From contig JASTWF010000244.1 in NCBI GenBank assembly GCA_030390025.1, positions 310,001 through 374,000 of the forward strand: a stretch of 64,000 nucleotides of DNA, written 5' to 3'. Below, in pieces: positions 12,901-24,900 of the stretch. The position numbers were made by a program, and so were the translations under genes. The stretch is from Squalus acanthias (Eukaryota). The notes under the pieces were generated by a model, which was given only the letters and a program-made list of their open reading frames with translations, was not told where the DNA came from and made no database searches. Within the stretch, counting starts at the first letter, position 1, and every line of letters starts with the position of its first letter.

Positions 12901-15900
12901 CTTCAAGAATGCATCTTGTTCACACCCATTCATAAGAACCTGCACTTCATCTAGTTTTCCGTTGTGCTTTGTTTTCTCTTGGTTCTTTGCGATCTGGTCC
13001 ATACTATTCCAGCAAAAAATTTTCTTTTTGTTTTCATCCCTCTTCCTCTTTAAGAATAAAGCAAGTATAATGCCCTGTGGTCTAAATCCGGTAATTTGGC
13101 AACGGATGACGGCTACCTCAAAATGGCGAATGTCGAGAGGAATGTTGAATTCAGTAATTTTTGGAGTAGCTAATCAAAACAAAAGTCAATAAAACTTGAC
13201 AATCGAAATGTTCTCATTTGTTTACTCTGCTTTATTTTCTTGCTAGGATTACAGGTAGAAATGTATATACACAAGACATGATAATGGCCTGTATTTTCCG
13301 ATCCCTACGGCTGTGTACGAGCTGTGTACACACCCGTAGGGGCCTCGCAAGGGCCGGTTTCAGGCATGTGAAGTGCATGTGCTGAAAACCGGCACTTCCG
13401 ATCTGTCAAGAATTCTCTTGACAGATCATCCGCCTGCCCTGGAGAAGGGCCTCTGTGGGTGGAGAGTTCCGCTTTCTGAAGAACCCTCCGCCCGCTGAAA
13501 ACCTTTAAAAATCTTACGCCTGGTAAAAGCAGGCGTAAGTTCTGCTTTTACCAGCAAGAGAGTTTAAAAAAGTAAAAAAATAAAAAAAAATTCCACTCAT
13601 TTATAACTTTAAAATACTTTTAAAAAAGGTAAGTTTACTTTTAGCCCAGTAAAAAATTTAATTTTTTTTTCCAAAAGTTAAATTTTTGTTTAAAATATTT
13701 AATTTAATGTAATGTAATTAACTAATTTTAAAAACATGATTTTTTTAAAAATTAATGTTTTAGTGTGTATTTTGAGTGATCCCAATTCATACATTTGACA
13801 GGTCTAAGCTGAAAGACCTGTCAAAAATATGAAGGGGGATTCCCTTCTTCCATTGGTTCCCCATGGCCCACGTGATCCGAGGGACGCTTCCAAACCGCCT
13901 GCGCCCCTGGGATACCTGGGCCTCTGCGCATGCACACCAGGAGAGGCCCAGGAGCGGAAATGTCCAGACCTCCGGAGCCCTCAGGTAAGGGTGTAGATTT
14001 TTTCCAGATCGGAGGCATTCGCACGCAGGAAGCCTCTGATCGGAAAATACGGGCCATGGTGTATGTATACACAGGGCAGGAGTTTCCTTAAGGTTGTGCT
14101 GTTTTTTTGAAGCACAATTCATCCGAAAATTTCCAAGCCAGTGCAAATTACGTCCAATGCAAAGCGAGTTTAAAAAACATTGTACAAGAAGCCAGCCCCG
14201 CCCACAAAACTGGCCACGCCCCCAGAGTGAATTCATCACCATTGCAAGTTTCCCTAATTGCTCCCATTTGCAGGCCTTCAAGGAGGCTCTTAAAATTAAG
14301 CTTTTTTTTTAGGAGCAAAGGCACAAATAGGCATGTTTTCAAAGCTTCTGAATATAATTTATTTTTAATTTGCTAAGAAACTGTCTACTGTACACCAATA
14401 TAACTAGCAAATGGTCCTGTATAGTTTTAAAAGTAATTTTCAGTTATTCAAAATTGGGTTACTCACAGGTGGTGGCCTAGACACTGATTAAAAATGCTTA
14501 TTTTTTGTGATAAAGCCATTTTCAGCTGTATTAAGCAAACTGCACCAAGTTACCACACTTAAATACATCAAGGAATATTTTTTAAAGCAAATTTAAAAAA
14601 GAAATTACATTCCAAAATGCTGCCCGATTGCGCTGGTTCATGGCAGGTTTTACGTTTGGTGAAATGCAAATGAGTTTGATCAGAAACAGGGGAAAAAATA
14701 CACTTCTCAAAACGAGTGGAATTTTAGGTACAATTGCACCTAGATTGCCAATTGCGCCCAAAGCGGAAACTCCAGGCCAGGTTCTCTATCTAACACCATT
14801 ATGTGAGAAGTCGCACAACACCAGGTTATAGTCCAACAGTTTTATTTGAAATCACAAGCTTTCAGAGCGCTGCTCCTTCGTCTGATTTCAAATAAAACTG
14901 TTGGACTATAACCTAGTGTTGTGCGACTTCTCACATTTGCCCACCCCAGTCCAACACCGGCATATCCACATCATAACACCATTATGGGAGCACAATCACC
15001 ACAAGGACTGTTGTTGTTCAAGAAGGCCCACCACCACCTAATTTGGGGAAAACATGCAATAAGCAGCCAAAGAATTACAAGAACACAAATACACACATAG
15101 TTATTGTACAATAAAAGGGTTTCACCAGTCAACACATTACCTTTTTTTAATTTTCTGTAAGCATAAAATCCAGCTAAAAACAATAGTGCACAGAACAGCA
15201 ATGTACCAATTATGCTTCCAGCAACCGCACCTGCTGCAGAAGATTTCACAGGCTCTGAAATTTGAAACATAAATACATTAAGCATTTAGACAAAAAACAT
15301 GCAACAAGAAATAAACTGCTTCACTTGCACAGAGTTTGTTATGGTGCTCCTCCATTTCTGTAAATTAGAAATGAAGATACTTAAACGCAGTAAAGTATTT
15401 AAAGAATTTGAAACTATGTGCAGTTAATGTCCCCTCTAAGTAATGGCCTAGAAATTTCATGCAGTGAATTGCACTCCTTTTGCACCAATGAAAAATAAGT
15501 TGCTGCTGCCGGTGGCCTGGAGAGGTATTTACACCACAATTTCATGGGTCAGCTCATTTGCATGTGCATTAGAAAAGTGCAAAACAGGAGTAATATGCTG
15601 TGTTGCATGGAAATTAGAGTAGAGTCTTTAAAAAGCCAGTTCTGGCTGAAGATTGCAGCAGCAGGCAAGTAACGAACAGTGCTCGACTTAGTGAGTTGAC
15701 TGTATGTCACCTGACTGTTTTTGGGACACTTTACAAGAATGTTTAACACAGGAGAACCCAGCAGAGGCAGCCAAAGGCAGAAGGAGGGTATGAGACCAAG
15801 GCAGAGAAGGTGCCACAGTTTCGCTGAGTCCAACCTGCAAACCCTCCTCAATTAAATAAAGCACAGGAGACAGAATGATTTGTGTCCATGGCAGGAAACA

Positions 15901-18900
15901 TATCAATGAAGGCACTCATGGCATGTGGAGGGAGGCAGCACTGGCCAGTGCCACAAAAAGTTGAATGACCTGACTTGAGCAAGCAGGGCAACACACCAGC
16001 CACTTCCCCTTTCTTCCTTAGGCACCCTGGACACCAGTATACTTTTAACCCTCTAAAAATAAAAGCTGTACAAATAACCTTTCACTATGCACCCTGATTA
16101 AGAACAGCAGTAACTGGCGATCATTAATTACATGCACAATCTTAAAACCTTTCCTGCACTTTAACATGGTCTTTCAAGTCACTTGGCGCACACTCAACTG
16201 CAAGCCATCGCCTAATTTATTCAATCTGCTTGCAGGAGAAAATGTCACACAATGCCAGTGAGAGACAGGCAGCAGGAGAGGGGAGCTTCAACCTGGAAAA
16301 CCTCACACCCTACGAGATTATAGCCATGCAGCACATGGAGTTGCTTGGTGCTCTTCCTGTGGGAGCCAGCAAGATTGACAGCAAAAGGTTGGTACTTGAA
16401 TAATAACAACAACAACTTGTTTTTATATAGCGCCTTTAATGTAGTAAAACATCCCAAGGCGCTTCACAGCAGCGTTATAAGACAAACTTTGACACTGAGC
16501 CACATAAGGAGAAATTAGGGCAGCCGAGAGGTAGGTTTTAAGGAGCATCTTAAAGGAGGAAAGAGAGGTAGAGAGGCGGGGAGATTTAGGCAGGGAATTC
16601 CAGAGCTTAGGGCCTTGGCAGCTGAAGGCATGGCCACTAATGGTGGAGCGATTAAAATCGAGGATACTCAAGAGAGCAGAATTAGAGGAGCGTAGATATC
16701 TCGGGGGATTGTGGGGCTGAAGGAGATTACAGAGATAGGGAAGGGCAAGACCATGGAGGGATTTGAAAACAAGGATGAGAATTTGAAAATTGAGGCATTG
16801 TTTATCTGGGAGCCAATGTAGGTCAGCTAGAACAGGGGTGAAGGGTGAACGGGACTTGGTGCATGTTAGGACATGAGCAGCAGAGTTTTGGATGACCTCA
16901 AGTTTACGTAGGGTAGAACGTGGGAGGCCAGCGAGGAGTGCATTTGAATAGTTAAGTCTAGAGGTAACAAAGGCATGGATGAGGGTTTCAGCAGCAGATG
17001 AGCTGAGGTGGGGCGGAGTCGTGCGATGTTACGGAGGTGGAAATAGGCGGTCTTAGTTATGGCATGGATATGTGGTCGGTCAGAAGCTCATTTCAGGGTC
17101 AAATATGAATAGTGACTGAATACGGACACAGTCACCATGGTATCCATATGAAGCACCATACAGCCACAAGCTTCCAGTCCTACTCTATTTCCTTAATCCC
17201 AAAGGACACGATCACCCACACTTAGCTTGCTCCCTATATTCCTGCAGATTCATCACAGCAATGGCGGGCACAGGTCAAGGACAAGGAAGAGAAGGAAGAG
17301 GATGGTGATGACGAACAAAGACTCAACTACTTCCTGTGAACTCTGATGATGAGGATGAAAATGACGAGGATGATGAATTTGGATAAAAGTCCATCTATGA
17401 ATCGCTGCAGAGACCTCCTGCCCCACTTTCCGCTGCCACAACCTCCTCAAACCCATTTCCTGTGTCACTTGCTTTTTCACTTTCATGCACCAGCTCAGAT
17501 ACATTTAACGGGAGTGGGTGGGAGGGGGCAGGGAGACAGGAATTAGATAGTGTTAATGAGGAAGCTGGATGAATGGAAAATGGATGAGGAATTGCCAACT
17601 CCCCAGCAGAGGATCGAGAAGGCTGCCCATGAATTCGATGACATGGGATCCAGAGGACATGGATGCTAAACTGAAAATAAAGTTGTTCAAGGAACATTGT
17701 ACCTATGTGTCGGCTCCAAGGTCAGTCTCCAAGGATGTGCAGCAACTGACAGTGTTACTTGAGCCTACAGCTCTCATTTGTGGCAACATCAGGGAAGTAT
17801 TTTTCTTTGTTGCAGTTTCACTGCAATCTGCAACAGACCCCCATCTAAGAAATGGCCAGGGACCAGTCAGTGTCTCCACCTCCACAGAAGCACAGACTAC
17901 AGCTCTGGTAGCAATAGTGAAGATAATAGATAGCACCCGGCAAACCAACTTCCTGAGCATGGGGCGGGGGGAGAGGAGGTGGGGGGTTGGGGACAGATCC
18001 AGGGCTTAGTGGAATGGTAATGCCTGGAGTTGACCTGCATGATCTTGCTGTCTCTCAGAACAGCTGCACATACCAGGCCAACAGAACACAGAAGGTGACA
18101 CCAGGCTACCCAGGAACAAGCTCCATAGATGTAGCCAGCATCAGACCCCTGTCAGGAGCAACCTGACAATGATTGGAGGACCACTTTTTTATAGAACATG
18201 AGCAGCTAACTATCTCTTGTGATACTGATCCTCATGTTACACCTGGGAGAAGCACCAGAATAAGAGAAAAATAGGCATATTTAGACACCCAAGAAGCATA
18301 ATGTTAGGAAAGAGCAGACTGGCTTGTGTTCACTTTGGACTTTGTTGCATTAAAATATAATGTGCACTTACGTCGTGCTTTGTTCTTCATAGAGGTTATA
18401 GTTAGACAGGAAGGAGTGCTCTTATTTCGTGTGACTTATGGAATCAGGTGATGATTACTGGGAGTAATATCTGGTGGGATCCACCCTCCTCAAATGCTGC
18501 CTTACTCTCCTTTGTTTCATCCTACTCCGTGATAATGGCATACAAGCACATCCCATAGGAAAAGCCGTATCAGCTCCTGAAAAGACCTCGCTCTGGGTGA
18601 GGGGTGGGGTTTTAAATGTCCCGGTGGTCTCACACGGTCAGAAGCAGCGAGAAGCAAGTTCAGGTCTGCGTCGGCAGAATGGCAAAAAAAAGACAAATAG
18701 CTGCAAAAATCATGACTGAAACTGTCCACACCTTCACACTCACAAACTCCTCACTTCTGCCTGTCTCAGCTTATCCTGGAAACAACTATTCCTTATAATT
18801 CTCATTCTAACTTATCCCAAATGCACGGAGTGTAAAAGCAGGAAACTCGGAGATGCAGCTTTACTGACCCTCATTTTAATATATATATAAATTACCTCAC

Positions 18901-21900
18901 TCGGCGAGCAAATCAGGGGAAGGGCTACCCTGATTATACACTGAAATTCCGCTGAAAATCGTGTAATTTCTCAGCAAATATGCTTATAATTAATGTTACA
19001 TGTTTTATAATCTGCAGCAGTTCACCTAAAATAAATCCTGATCAGTTCAGTTCTACCTGACAGCGATTTTGATAATGCATTTATATGGATCTTCTCATGT
19101 AAACGATCATTCACAAGGGGCCAAGATCGGCAGTAGGCATGAAAAGCAAAAATTGGGGAAAGGGTAAGGGAGAGGACATGGTCGGAAAGATTTTCTTAAA
19201 TTAGGCCTTCAAAGATATGGAAGGAACTAGCAAGGCAGACTGATTTTGGGAAGAAAATTCAAGTTATTTTGACTGAATAAACACTCCCATGGTGGAGCAG
19301 AGGAAGCAGGGCACAAGCAACAGTTCAAAATCAGAGGAGGGGAGGATTCAGGCAAGGGTGTTTGCCCACAGAAGTTTGCTTAGATCGAGTTGAGTCGGTC
19401 TGTGAAGGGATTAGTTATTAGTTCCATGGGGTTAAGTGCGTGATAGGAGTACAAAGTTCATGCAAGTTATTTTTACTTTAGTTCCACTGCATAAACTAAG
19501 AAGCTAGTCTCATCTGAAGAGAAGCCCAGTCAACAATGTAACTGATTTCACTGTAGCTTTTATTAAATCACTTCATAGCTTCCTTTTCTTAAAGGTTTAT
19601 AGTTTCTGAGCAGTATTTCCGCCATGTTATCAGCTCTGATTTCAACTTTCAACAATAAAACAGTGAATGTCATTGGGGTAACTCTCAGTAGTTTTCCCGT
19701 GGCAAATTGAACTCCCTTTTAATAAGAATTGTCTTTTTAATTGCTTAAATAGTGTGGAATCGAGTTCTAGTGATCGATTTGGACAGATCTCCAGTTACAA
19801 TAAGAGAATAATCACAAAATCTACAGGTGACCATCCCATGATGCCCCAGCTGTCAATTCAAATTCCAACACTTTAAGCAGAGTGCTGCACAGATATTAAT
19901 AGTGCCTACATGTTGAATTATTGAATGCTGAGCAACACAGAGCAATCACACGTTAAATTGTAACTAAACTTTTAAAGCTTTGCTGTCCTACAAGCATCCA
20001 GAAGGGGACTAGGTTCATAATAGCTCCTTTATACTTGCTGCATTAAACCAAATGCTTCACTTGTTTTCTCTTGAATTGTAACAGCAGTTTAACCTGCAGG
20101 TCAGTAAGCTGCCAAAACCCGAATGAACTGCTCACGTTCTAAAATATTGCTGGTATATTGAAGGGAAGCAGAGTTCAGAAGACTACCGATCAGCTGTTTA
20201 AAATATGTTACTGTTCGGGAGACTACGGACCTAATGGCATGTATAAATGGAGCGAGTATGACTCTTATCCCTTTTTGAGTGGTATATCAGGCTTTGAAAA
20301 AGTTAATTTACAAATTAGAGCGAGTGGCTGCTCAACTGTTCAGCAACATTGCTCATTGGCAGATGAATAACACTTTGCTCAAAGCAATGTTTTTTAATTT
20401 GAAAGCTGGCCCACAGGCAGACTTTGGATTGCCACCGTCTTCCCCATGATAGATATCTTCTGATCTGGATTTCCAGCACAAGCATCAATACAGCCAATGG
20501 GCATAAAGAGAAGATTTAATGTAAACAGAAAAATATAAAAGGATAATCTGCAAATGCTAGAAATCCAAACTGAAATAAAAACAGGATTTTTAAGATTTTC
20601 TCTTAAAGGGGAGGTGCAGTTTGACGAGAGCAGGTGTTGGAAGTCATTGCACAAGGAAGTTTCACCTGGGAAACACACAGGAATGGCACAACATGCCAGA
20701 GAAGGGGCTCCGACACAGCGCTGGAGGCCTTAGTGCAGGAGGCAGACAGAAAGAGAGAGATCCTGCATCCGCAGGGGGCCAGGAGTCCACCCAGACAGAC
20801 ACTGCGAAGGCAGTGGGAACAGATAGCAGTGGAGGTAAATGCCAGCAGTGTTGCCACAAGGACCTGGATGCAGCGCCAAAACAAGTTCCATGGCCTCACA
20901 CGAGTGGTCAAGGTCAGTGAATCTTCAAATGCCGTCTCCCACCAAGTACACTACTAGCCTCACACACTGCTCAATGCACCACACCCCTATCGCTCACCTA
21001 CCAACAATCTCTATCACTCATGACTCAAACCTCACATTCATAGCTCCACTCCACCCTCACACACTTACCACTGCTGCAAGCCTCACACCCATATCACACA
21101 GCTTGCACACACTGCCAGCAAATCATCCATGACAGCCACACCAACCAAACACATTGCACCACACTCACTGACACACTTCCCTCTCTCTTACAGGAGAAGG
21201 TGTCGCACAACCGCAGGCAGCAGCAGCTAACCGGAGGGGGACAGGTGCACCTGCATATCCTAACCTCGATGGAGGAGGCGGTGCTTGGCATTATTGGAGC
21301 GGCCGTGACTGAGCCCGTGGCCAGCGGCGGGGCTGAAACCATTGAAGGTGATGGTACGCTCATACCTAATCCTCCTTCTCACATTCCACTTCCCCTTCAT
21401 CCCACACTCTCTTCTGATTTATAAGCTGCACACGGTGTAAGCGTGCAGATCTTGCTTCTCGCCCCCATCACCACAACCCTACCCTTGTGCCTTTCTCCTT
21501 TCAGACACCCAAGAACACCAACCTGGGCAGACAGTGGTGGAAGAGGAAGAAAACACTGATGAATAAGAAACACTGTCACTCGATCTAACACCCGCAGACA
21601 CCAGCTCAGATACTGGCAATGCGCGTACTTTAGAAGGTAGCATAGAGACGGGATCCGGACATAGTGAGTCACCGGGCACAAGTCGGCTGCAGCCAGGGCA
21701 TGGGGAATGGTACTTCAGGTGCCAGTTCCCCGGAGGGCGAGGTCGCACACGAGTTCTGCTGCACAAGACTCAGATGAGGACCTCGATGGGACGGCCTACA
21801 GAAGACGACTGATAGATATGCACAATGAAATGCTTGGTGCATTGGTAGGCCTGCCAGAAAGCCTGAATGCAATGTCAAGGAGCATGGAGGAGTCTAGCAC

Positions 21901-24900
21901 CAATATTGGACATGGCTTTGCGCAGAGCTTGGAGCCCATCCATTCCAGCGTGGAAGGGGTGGACAGATCCATTAGCGCACTTGTGGACCCAACCATGATG
22001 CAGCGTCTGATGGCCGATGTCTCAGCTTCCATTGCAGCACAAGCAGAAGCCACCCTACGTCTGAGTGCTGCAGTGGAAGCTCAAACTGAAGTCATGCAAG
22101 CTCAGCTTGTTGCCATGCAAGCAGACTGCTGCCATCAAGGCTGCAGTTACTAGTGTTGAAAGGGACTTGCAGGGTGTCACAGCAGTCCAGCAATCTGTCA
22201 TCCATCAGATGACTAGGATTGCTGAGGTGCCGCCCCAGCAGAGTGTCATTGGCTCCATGGAGCATGAACCTGCCGTTCTCTCTCAGGATGACAGTATTCA
22301 TCCTTCCACCACTGCCACTCCGTCAATGCCCTTGCTGTTGTCTGTCAGCCAGCCAGCCCAGACTGCTGCCACCCATGCCGAGGTGGTGCAGTCCAAAGCC
22401 GGGCCTTCTAGGCCGAGAGCTGCTCAAGGTCGTCCTGCAAGGCCATCTGCAGTCTTCCCCCACTGAAAGTCAGCAGCCTTCCACTAGCCATGCTGCAGCC
22501 ACTGGGGTAGCACTGCATAGCAGCACTAGGATAAGCAAAGGCACACACAAGACAGGCACTAAGGGAATGCACAAGGGTGATTAGTTGACTTTGTTATGTA
22601 ATATTGGATGGATTGATGTATAAAGTTGGTTTGGAATGTTTGTTTTGTGGTGGCTTTTATTTTTTTTAGCATTGTGGCCAAGACGATGCTGTGATGGCCC
22701 ACAACAGAGGGAAGGTAAGGTGTGGGACTGTGGGTGAATGGGGAATTGGGGTTACGTTCACTGGCACTGCAGTCGGATCAGTTGATCACGGGTAGACCAA
22801 TCAGAAAGGGGCTGTCTTGGTTGCCTCCTCCCTTCCTCAGCTCTTCGCTGTAGACCTGGTGGCAAAACCTGTGCCCTGATGGTGGCGAGGTTGAGCAGCA
22901 TGCAGCAAACCACAACTAATCTTGAGACACGCTCTGGCGAGTACAGCAGGACTCCTCCAGAGCGGTCCAGGCAGCGGAAGCGTTGTTTAAGTACCCCAAT
23001 GGTCTGCTTGATCACATTTCGTGTGGCAGCATGGCTTTCGATATATGCATGCTGCCCATGTGTGCTTGGGTTGCGCACCGGAGTCATGAGCCAGGTGGTC
23101 AGCGGATAGCCCTGGTCGCCCAGTAGTCACCCTCTGGTTTGTCGTGGTGGCTCAACTGCGGATGGTACAGCGGACTGCCGCAGAATGAAGGCATCACAGC
23201 TGCTGCCAGGATACCGAGCATTGACCTGCATGATGCGCTGAGTATGGTCGCACCCCAGCTGGACATCGAGGAAGTGGAATCCCTTCCAGTTGCGGTACAT
23301 CTCAGAGTTCACATCCGGTGCCCGCAAAGCAACGTTTGTGCAGTCAATGGCATCCTGCATCATGGGGAAGGCTGCTATCCTGGCGAAGCCGCATGCTCGC
23401 TCCGCCTGCTTTTCTCTGGCAAGAGAGAATGAAATATATTCACTTCTCTTTCCATACAGAGCCTCAGTGACCTCCCTTATGCAACAGTGAATGGCAAACT
23501 GTGAGATGTTGGAAATGTTGCCTGCTCCAGCCTGGAAGGAGCCCGATGCATAAAAATTGATAGCAAGGCTTACCTTCACAGCCACTGGCAAAGCGGTTGC
23601 AGGTCTGCCTGCAACAAGTGATATATTTCAGTGAGTGCCTCCTTAGTGAAGCGGAGACATCGTATGCACAGTTCCTTGCTGAGGTTGAGGTAGAATTGCT
23701 TCCTGAAGATCCTGGGTGGATATGGCCTCCTGCTGAGAGCCTTTCTCCCCCTCCTCCCTCTTCGAGCAGCTTGTCCTCCTCTGTGTCACTTCTACGCATT
23801 CTCCCGATCATGCTGCAGGACAAGGGGGGTACAAACTACAGCACCCATGTTTGGGAGCAAATGGTCTGAGCAGAAGCCTTGAAGTAAGCTGCCACACCAC
23901 TCCCTTGAGACTTCAGCAACTTCAAATAAGACACCAAACCAAGAAACACTTCTACAAACTCACCAAGAGCCAATAGGAATCAATCAGCAACCAACCTGAA
24001 AGCATTTGATGATCCCTTTAAATAGCGCTGGTGGGGGTTCCTTCCTGCTGCTGAATGCACGTTCAGCTGATTGACGTCACAATCTGGGGACTCTGCATAC
24101 TTCCGGCGCACGCTTCCTGCACCGACGCAAATGCCTTCACCAAAATGGCGTCCTGCACCAGAAGTGTGCATGGCGCGGCACCATTTTCGAAACAAAATAG
24201 CACCCGTAGCAGCGAAAAAGCAGGCGCTATGGAGCCGAATTTCTAGGCCATTATGTCTGGTTAATTTGAATAATCATTGTGGTATACAATGACAGAGTTA
24301 ATTAGTAATCTTATAGTAAAGGATCTGCTGTGGAAGAGGGATCGTAATGTGATAGAATTTCATATTAAGTTTGAGAGTGATGTAGTTAAGTCTGAACCAA
24401 GGTCTTAAATTTAAACAAAGCCAATTACGAAGGTATGAGGGCAGGCTGGCTGAGGTAGATTTGGAAATTAGAATAAAAGATATGACGGTAGATAAGCAAT
24501 TGCAAACATTTAAAGAAATAATTCATAATTATCAACAAATAGACATTTCCTTGAGGAATAAAAACTCCATTGGAAAAGTGGTACAGCCATGGCAAATTAG
24601 AGAAGTTAAGGATAGTATTAGATTAGAAAGCAGAAAGATTTGCATTTATATAGCGCCTTTCATGACCACCGAACGTCTCAAAGCGCTTTGCAGCTAATGA
24701 AGTACTTTTGAAGTGGAGTCACTGTTGTAATGTAGTAAAAGAAGAAGCTTATAATGTTATCAAATAGAGTAGTGAGCCTGAGGATTGAGAGGGTTTTTAA
24801 AAATGACAAAGAAATTGATCAAGAGGGAGAAAATAGAATATATGAGAGTAAACTAGCAAGAAATATAAAAACAGATTGTAAGAGCTTTTACAAGTATGTA

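Larger units (their letters stand above)
20603..24249. mobile_element. PIF/Harbinger DNA transposon, near full length, decayed
   Basis: Convergent spliced Myb/SANT gene (+) and DDE transposase (-); right TIR ggagccgaatttctaggcc; left TIR not found. Confidence 0.88.

Noticed and set aside
4224-13169. Immunoglobulin heavy-chain (IgW/IgNAR) or MHC constant exons
   Set aside because: No RSS, D/J segments or secretory tail seen; the V exon is germline-complete and B7-H6-like; the domains follow the TM and several lack the disulphide.
14971-15140. ORF read-through beyond the TM donor giving a second hydrophobic stretch
   Set aside because: It lies after a good GT donor in T-rich intron sequence and ends at a TE boundary, so it is probably coincidental.
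22758-23855. Domesticated HARBI1/NAIF1-like host genes
   Set aside because: Stops and frameshifts, a TIR, and the convergent two-gene layout show a decayed transposon.
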